Source of the DNA: Oligoflexia bacterium
GTDB taxonomy: Bacteria; Bdellovibrionota; UBA1018
Assembly (NCBI GenBank): GCA_043732485.1
Contig: JAYTHP010000225.1
Span: 1-23,153 of the forward strand
DNA: 23,153 nt
Direction: 5' to 3'
Shown here one piece after another: positions 17,844 to 23,153 of this stretch. How positions within the stretch are numbered: position 1 is the stretch's first letter; each line of letters begins with the position of its first letter. Both the position numbers and the translations under genes were made by a program. The notes beneath the pieces are model-generated. The model was not told where the DNA came from. It did no database searches and saw only the letters and a list, made by a program, of their open reading frames with translations.

Positions 17844-18842
17844 CTACTTTAAGCTCTTCAAATAAACCATCAAAGAAGTCATTTCCTGCTCGCTGATCAA
17901 ACCCTTGAAGGTCGGCATGATTGGACTATACCCCTTTAAAGTGTTCTTGAGCGGATTGTCTATGTGCGCCCTGACAAAGTTATCATCGACAATGATCTCT
18001 CTGCCGTCAGCCAACACTTCCTTCCGCCCAAATAACCCTTTATGACTAGGCCCAATCTTCGCACTGCCATCGACCGAATGACAGCCCATGCAACCCTTAT
18101 TGCGATAGACTTTCTTCCCCTGCTCAATCAAACTCACTTGCACATGCGACAACTTCTCTTCGGGGACATCCGTATCGGAAGCCTTCAAAATAGGCTCCTT
18201 CAAACGCTTACTCTGCCACTCTTCCCATTGGTTATCATCTAAGGCCACGATATTGGCGAGCATTTGAGAATGCGATGTGCCGCAATACTCCGTACAAAAC
18301 ACCTGATGCCGCCCCGGAACAGTGGCCGTAAACCACAACGACGTGTACATGCCCGGAACCACGTCCGTCTTAATACGAAAATTGGGGATAAAAAACCCGT
18401 GCAAGACATCTTCTGAGGTCAAAATGAACTTCACCGGCTTATCCACCGGAATAAAGACATCGTTGACCGTGGTGCTGCCGTCATCGTACTGAAACGTCCA
18501 GAACCATTGCTTTCCGGTCACCCGAATCTCGTACGCCTCGGTAGGCGGCGTCACCATGCGAATGTAAACGAAATAACCCCAAACAAACAACACCATCAGC
18601 AGGGCTGCCGGGATACCAATCCAGATAGCCTCAAGCAGATGATGGTGGGTGATGTACTGAGTCTTTCTCCGTGGATCATGCTTGTAGGCTACGATAAAAT
18701 AGAGCATCGCCCCAATCACCAGCACGAAGAAGAACACGCTCAAACCAAATACAAAATGATAAAGGTGATCCCAAGGCACAGCAATATCGGAACCTTGAAT
18801 CGGAAGCGCTGACAAGACTCCTGCAAAAGCTGAATTAAACAT
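17844..18842 (-). CDS. coxB: Cytochrome c oxidase subunit II with C-terminal cytochrome c domain
   Basis: Two TM helices, KQWFW, DVLHGF, CuA motif CTEYCGTSHSQM, heme c motif CMGCH and MPTF. ATG 18842 follows GAGGAG. Confidence 0.95.
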   Translation of the reverse strand: MFNSAFAGVLSALPIQGSDIAVPWDHLYHFVFGLSVFFFVLVIGAMLYFIVAYKHDPRRKTQYITHHHLLEAIWIGIPAALLMVLFVWGYFVYIRMVTPPTEAYEIRVTGKQWFWTFQYDDGSTTVNDVFIPVDKPVKFILTSEDVLHGFFIPNFRIKTDVVPGMYTSLWFTATVPGRHQVFCTEYCGTSHSQMLANIVALDDNQWEEWQSKRLKEPILKASDTDVPEEKLSHVQVSLIEQGKKVYRNKGCMGCHSVDGSAKIGPSHKGLFGRKEVLADGREIIVDDNFVRAHIDNPLKNTLKGYSPIMPTFKGLISEQEMTSLMVYLKSLK

Positions 18843-19863
18843 GGGTCGGCTCCTCTCTTTTCTGAATAAGCCAATAATAACCGAGATATCCACCAAACAA
18901 CAGAAACGTGACGCCACAACCTAGTTGCATCAAACGCGACAAGTAAACTGAATACTTTCTGGCAAACGGATCATATCGAAAACAAAAAAGTAAAAAACGG
19001 TCCACTACCGTGCCGATTTTCCCTTTTGAAGCTTCAAGCAAAGACATTCTTAAGTCCTGCGTCCGAAACTCGATGCCGTAGAGATAGCGCGAAATCTTTC
19101 CCTCAGGCGTCAGCACAAAAATCACCGCACTGTGGCCGTATTGCTCCTCTTCGGGATCATACTTGTAGCCGTACCCTAACTGCAACGCAAGCTTTTTGGT
19201 TTCCGTCGCTTCTCCCGTGAGAAAATGCCAACCCTCTTTCGCCTCATCGCGACTGTACTCTGCCAGCAAGGCTGCCTTCCTGGCCTGGGTCTGCTCCGGC
19301 GTGTCGGTCGGATCAATGCTAAGGGTTGCAAGCGTAAACTGCTTGCCTGGACTCCAGTCTAGTTCCTTCAGTCCTTTGATCATGCCCTTCAGCAGGTAAT
19401 CACAGATGTTGTTGCAACGATTATAATGAAAGGCAAATAAGACCGGCAGGCCTGCCTTAAAAAGTTGGCTAAAAACAAAGGGCTTGCCCTCTTCGTCTTT
19501 AAAATTAAAAGCGTTAATATCAATTTGTTGACTCAAATGCTCGGTGATCGCAATTTCTTTTAATGCATCCGGCAACTGGGTGGGGAAATCTTCCGCGTGG
19601 GCAGACGCAAAAAGACTCCACTGGGAGTCGGATAACCTTGGCGCTGGCTGAGATGATAACTTTAAAAAAACTTGAGCCGATTGCGGACGTGCCGCAGAAG
19701 GCACCGTCAAACGAGCGGACAGAAGGCTTTGCTGCGCTAATTGCTGAGGCGAAGCCGCCAAAAAACCAAAAGACGAAGTTGCAAGGAAGCACTGAGCGCT
19801 TAAGGAGAGTGCGCTCACGCCTACCGCAAAAGACCCCAAGGAAGGTGCAATATTTATTTTCAT
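18835..19863 (-). CDS. SCO1/SenC-family copper chaperone
   Basis: CNNIC (CxxxC), SIDP, WHFLTG, GHSAV, LTPEGKISRYLYG and a C-terminal TM helix. GAGGAG RBS; first gene of the cox operon. Confidence 0.92.
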   Translation of the reverse strand: MKINIAPSLGSFAVGVSALSLSAQCFLATSSFGFLAASPQQLAQQSLLSARLTVPSAARPQSAQVFLKLSSQPAPRLSDSQWSLFASAHAEDFPTQLPDALKEIAITEHLSQQIDINAFNFKDEEGKPFVFSQLFKAGLPVLFAFHYNRCNNICDYLLKGMIKGLKELDWSPGKQFTLATLSIDPTDTPEQTQARKAALLAEYSRDEAKEGWHFLTGEATETKKLALQLGYGYKYDPEEEQYGHSAVIFVLTPEGKISRYLYGIEFRTQDLRMSLLEASKGKIGTVVDRFLLFCFRYDPFARKYSVYLSRLMQLGCGVTFLLFGGYLGYYWLIQKREEPTHV

Positions 19864-21043
19864 GGTGTCTCCTCATTTAACCTAAAAACCCATTAAAAGT
19901 CAAGTTTCTTGCTGGTAACACGGGTACCTGCAACTCATTTGACAGCCCCGCCCGCAACTCCTCTTTCTCATCCAGCAAGGCCTGCGCCCTGCCTACCTGC
20001 GCTCCGGGGCCCACTTTAGGCTCACCTGAACGCTAAAACCTCAGCAAAAGAGCGGGGCTGCCCTTAGCCACCGCGGTTGTGAGCCAGACGCTTCACCGTT
20101 TTAGGCTTCAAGCTTTTTGCGGGGCGGGGCACTCCACCCCAGTCCACACCACCACTCACCCGTCAAAACTCGCGAAACCAGGGTCGCGCGCCTAAGGTAG
20201 TGCAGCGGCTGCCCTCCTGCGCGCCTCGAGACCTTACACCCATCATCACCCCCCTCGACAGCCCCCCGTCTCGTTTCCGGCCTAGTTTAAGGAGCTTTTG
20301 CCCTCTCACCCTGCGCTCCGGCTGGTCATTTTACTCTGCTTCTGTTACTATCGGAAGGTGATGGGCCTTGTCTGAGCCTTAAAATAGCGAAAAAACCGGG
20401 AAAGTTCGAAACAAAAGCCCAAAAAAATCGCGCAAAGTAGAATACCTTTAACTTCAAGCACTTCAAGACCGGTTCGTTGACCAGGGATCCCTATGCTAGA
20501 CCACTGAACAGATTGGCGCAGATTGCTTGGAGCCGACGAGAAGGAGACGAGCGGCTTTTTTGAGGGATCACTGGAGGCTTAGTCCCCCGCAGCCTGAGGC
20601 CGCAAATGAAACCCCTCCTTGAGAGGGGACTTACATGTCCGTGAACCCAACCCTCCCTCGCAGTGAGCGCCCACTCAAAGGTGGCGGCCGTGACAGGAAG
20701 ATCGGAACCGAAAACAGAAAGTCAAAAAAATGACACTCTTAAAAATGAGGTATTTTGCGGCAACTAGAGAGGCCGCCTCAATTGAATAGCGAATCGTTAC
20801 CCTTTTGGAACTGAGCGAGCGTATCGAGAAAACAAAATTAATCGAAGAAGAAACGAAATCAAACCCTATGCCCTTTCCCAGTTCTGCTCTTTTCCACCCC
20901 CGACGATCACACCTCCACTCCTACCCCCGTTACCCGTCTTGTGACTCGCTCGCGTCGTCCGACCTTTGTTCTCCCATCGGTGGGCCGGCCGTGCGGGGGC
21001 TTTTGTCTGTGTGCCCTTTGATTCGTTTTTGCAAGGGCGTATT

Positions 21044-21928
21044 ATGACCTGGGCGACAAGCAAGGTACAACTGCAGATTTACCGCGAGCTTGCCAAGTCC
21101 GGCATCGTTTTTCTTGTCCTTTTGAGCGTTTTAGCCGGTTTCGTGATTGGACACTCGCCGGAGCAACCCCTTGACCTCACGAGACTCCTCCTCACGCTAC
21201 TCGCCGTCACCTTTTTGGCCTCAGGCTCGTCCGCCTTGAATCAATTACAAGAGCGCACCCAAGATGCGCTCATGCCCAGGACCGCCGGGCGACCGCTCCC
21301 TTCTGGGAGGCTTTCAGTAGCCCGGGCTCGGATCTTTGTGATTTCCTGCCTGCTCTTAGGGATGGGCTTGCTGCTTAGCCTCAGCCTGCCGCTTTTTTAT
21401 TTGGGCGTCAGTGCCGTGGTGTTTTACAACGGCTTTTACACCTTGTGGTGGAAGAAACATTGGGCCTACGCTGCAGTTCCTGGTGCAATTCCAGGAGCGC
21501 TTCCCATTTTAATGGGCTACACCTCAGCCACAGGCCAAGTGTTTGCCCCGGGCGGTATTTACTTGTTTTCTTTGCTGTTTTTCTGGCAAATGCCACACTT
21601 TTGGAGTCTCGCCTTGAAATACGCCCAAGATTACCGCCAGGGCGGGTTTCCCACCCTCCCCGTCCAATACGGCCCTTTTGTGACACGCTTTCAAATCACC
21701 CTGTGGTGTCTCGCCTACGTGGGAATCGCGGCGCTGGCACCGTTATTCTTACCCGTGGGCTGGATTGCGCTGATCCTCAACGCCACGATCTCTTTGAAGG
21801 TTTTATTTGAGCTCTTTCACTTTCAACTCTCCACCGACAACCAACAGTGGCTCAGATTTTTCTTATGGATCAACTTCAGCTTAATCGGCTATCTTGCAGC
21901 ACTTGCTTTAGACTTAGGCTGCTCCTAA
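21044..21928 (+). CDS. cyoE: Protoheme IX farnesyltransferase (heme O synthase)
   Basis: LNQLQER..DALMPRTAGRPLPSG, YT..K, GAIPGALP, FFWQMPHFWSLA and DYRQGGFP. Confidence 0.95.
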   Translation: MTWATSKVQLQIYRELAKSGIVFLVLLSVLAGFVIGHSPEQPLDLTRLLLTLLAVTFLASGSSALNQLQERTQDALMPRTAGRPLPSGRLSVARARIFVISCLLLGMGLLLSLSLPLFYLGVSAVVFYNGFYTLWWKKHWAYAAVPGAIPGALPILMGYTSATGQVFAPGGIYLFSLLFFWQMPHFWSLALKYAQDYRQGGFPTLPVQYGPFVTRFQITLWCLAYVGIAALAPLFLPVGWIALILNATISLKVLFELFHFQLSTDNQQWLRFFLWINFSLIGYLAALALDLGCS

Positions 21929-22146
21929 CGCATCCCACCAAGCAGCTCGTAGCTCTCTTTGAGCCTGAGCCCAAGAGTCCAAACCCCCAGGACACCCACA
22001 CAAACACCTCACCTGCAGTGCAGGGGAATAGTGGTTGAACCTTACGCTCTCCAAGAGGGCGCTGCTCGTGCTCTTCAAAAGCCCTGCGCACCCCCTCCCC
22101 AGGGAATCGCGGCGGCCGCGCCCATCACTACACCAATCTCCCTGCT

Positions 22147-23153
22147 TCAGTCTCTGTGAAGACCTACGCCAGCGGTAACTGCTGCTTCCGGCAACACAAA
22201 GGAATTCATCAAAATGCGCCTAGGCCTAACATCGGTAAAAGGGTTGGATCCTGGAGCAAGCGGCACGGGTGTCTGGGCCACTTGCCTGAGCAGTTCGGCT
22301 ACCTTCCGCAACGCCCCGCAGTCTTCGCCGTGCGTGAGCCACTCTAAGCTCCTGCGCCTACCACTGCTGCTGCTACTGCTACTGCTGTCCCCAGAGCCCC
22401 GCCTGCTGTGCTCACTCGCCCCGTCGTCTTGATTGTCCCGCAAATCGAGCCGATACAAAAAAGCAAGGTGACCGCTCCGCAAAGCCTCATAAAAAGCCCA
22501 AAATCCCCCTAACCCAATCCCGTTATGGCGTAAATTCAGACGCTCCAGCCCACGAGAGGAAAAACAATCAATCACTATCATCGCTCCTTTGCTCGTCAGG
22601 TGATTATTCGATAAATTGAGTTCCACCAGATTGGCCAAAGTAGGGCTACGCGTTAAATGCTCCACCCCGTGATCCCCCATGCCATTTAAAGCGACATCAA
22701 GCCTGCACAAGCCCAGAGCGCCGGGAGCGCGCCCACTTAAACCAAACGCCAGGGCCTGACCAAAATCGTTTGTCCCGGGCTCCTGCTCGAGAAAAAACAC
22801 TCCCCTAGCATCCTGCACCGATCGCAAATTGAGTTCAGACACCAAAGCCGGCAGATGTTGCAACAGATGCGGAAAAAAGCGTGAGTATGAGATATCAAAC
22901 TGCGGCTCGTAACCCGGCTGCTTATTGCTCAACCAGGCATTCATATAATGCTGCACCACCAGTTGGCCATCTGCTTTGGGTAAGTAGGCTGAGAGCGCCG
23001 GAAAAAACTCAAGCACAAGCGCGCTTGGGGCCTCCAGACTCCCCGCCGCAAGTTCCTCCCGGTCATGCAGCCGACGACGACGACGACGAAGAGCCTGCAA
23101 TCGGTTCTCAGGCAGCTCTAAAGCCGCCCCTCCCCCCGACTCACTCCCCAACT
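22147..23153 (-). CDS. Leucine-rich repeat protein (RNI-like), 5' part probably outside the window
   Basis: LVELNLSNNHLTSKGA, LERLNLRHNGIGLGG, LCRLDVALNGMGDHGV and LYRLDLRDN. The frame runs to the window end. Confidence 0.75.
   Translation of the reverse strand, partial: LGSESGGGAALELPENRLQALRRRRRRLHDREELAAGSLEAPSALVLEFFPALSAYLPKADGQLVVQHYMNAWLSNKQPGYEPQFDISYSRFFPHLLQHLPALVSELNLRSVQDARGVFFLEQEPGTNDFGQALAFGLSGRAPGALGLCRLDVALNGMGDHGVEHLTRSPTLANLVELNLSNNHLTSKGAMIVIDCFSSRGLERLNLRHNGIGLGGFWAFYEALRSGHLAFLYRLDLRDNQDDGASEHSRRGSGDSSSSSSSSGRRRSLEWLTHGEDCGALRKVAELLRQVAQTPVPLAPGSNPFTDVRPRRILMNSFVLPEAAVTAGVGLHRD
22362..22388. repeat. (CTG/CTA)n trinucleotide repeat encoding poly-Ser in the LRR gene
   Basis: cactgctgctgctactgctactgctgt, read as SSSSSSSS on the - strand. 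Confidence 0.7.

Noticed and set aside
19875..19903. TTGACT-17-TTAAAT promoter for the cox operon
   Set aside because: The -10 is poor, and the implied TSS would fall downstream of the GAGGAG RBS.
20520..20710. FMN, SAM or TPP riboswitch, 6S RNA or SRP RNA
   Set aside because: Only short fragments resemble them (GGAGCCGACG, ATGAAACCC); the full consensus elements are absent.
1..23153. CRISPR array, tRNA or rRNA
   Set aside because: No regularly spaced repeats, cloverleaf or rRNA-like sequence seen.

Overview
Bacterial chromosomal window of moderate GC, with a visibly C-rich + strand. Gene content and style suggest a Bdellovibrionota/Oligoflexia-like or other former deltaproteobacterial organism; this is inference only. 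From left to right it contains: (1) the left end of an AT-rich ISAs1-family insertion sequence, cut by the window edge and absent from the ORF track; (2) an orphan, probably secreted protein; (3) trmB, probably leaderless; (4) a COG3014-like lipoprotein and lpoB on the - strand; (5) a divergent + strand cluster of two ArsA/Get3-like ATPases, a secreted TPR protein, a GshA-type glutamate-cysteine ligase and a PAP2 phosphatase; (6) a multiply disrupted hybrid histidine kinase pseudogene whose sensor resembles the ethylene-receptor (ETR1) domain; (7) an A2-type cytochrome c oxidase operon (SCO-coxB-coxA-coxC-coxD) whose subunit IV is fused to two cytochrome c domains; (8) a 1.2 kb intergenic region; (9) heme O synthase; (10) a partial LRR protein. 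The best candidates for novelty are the three-heme-c oxidase architecture, the Get3-like pair/TPR/GshA cluster and the decayed ethylene-receptor kinase. All calls come from motif recognition by eye; no searches were run.
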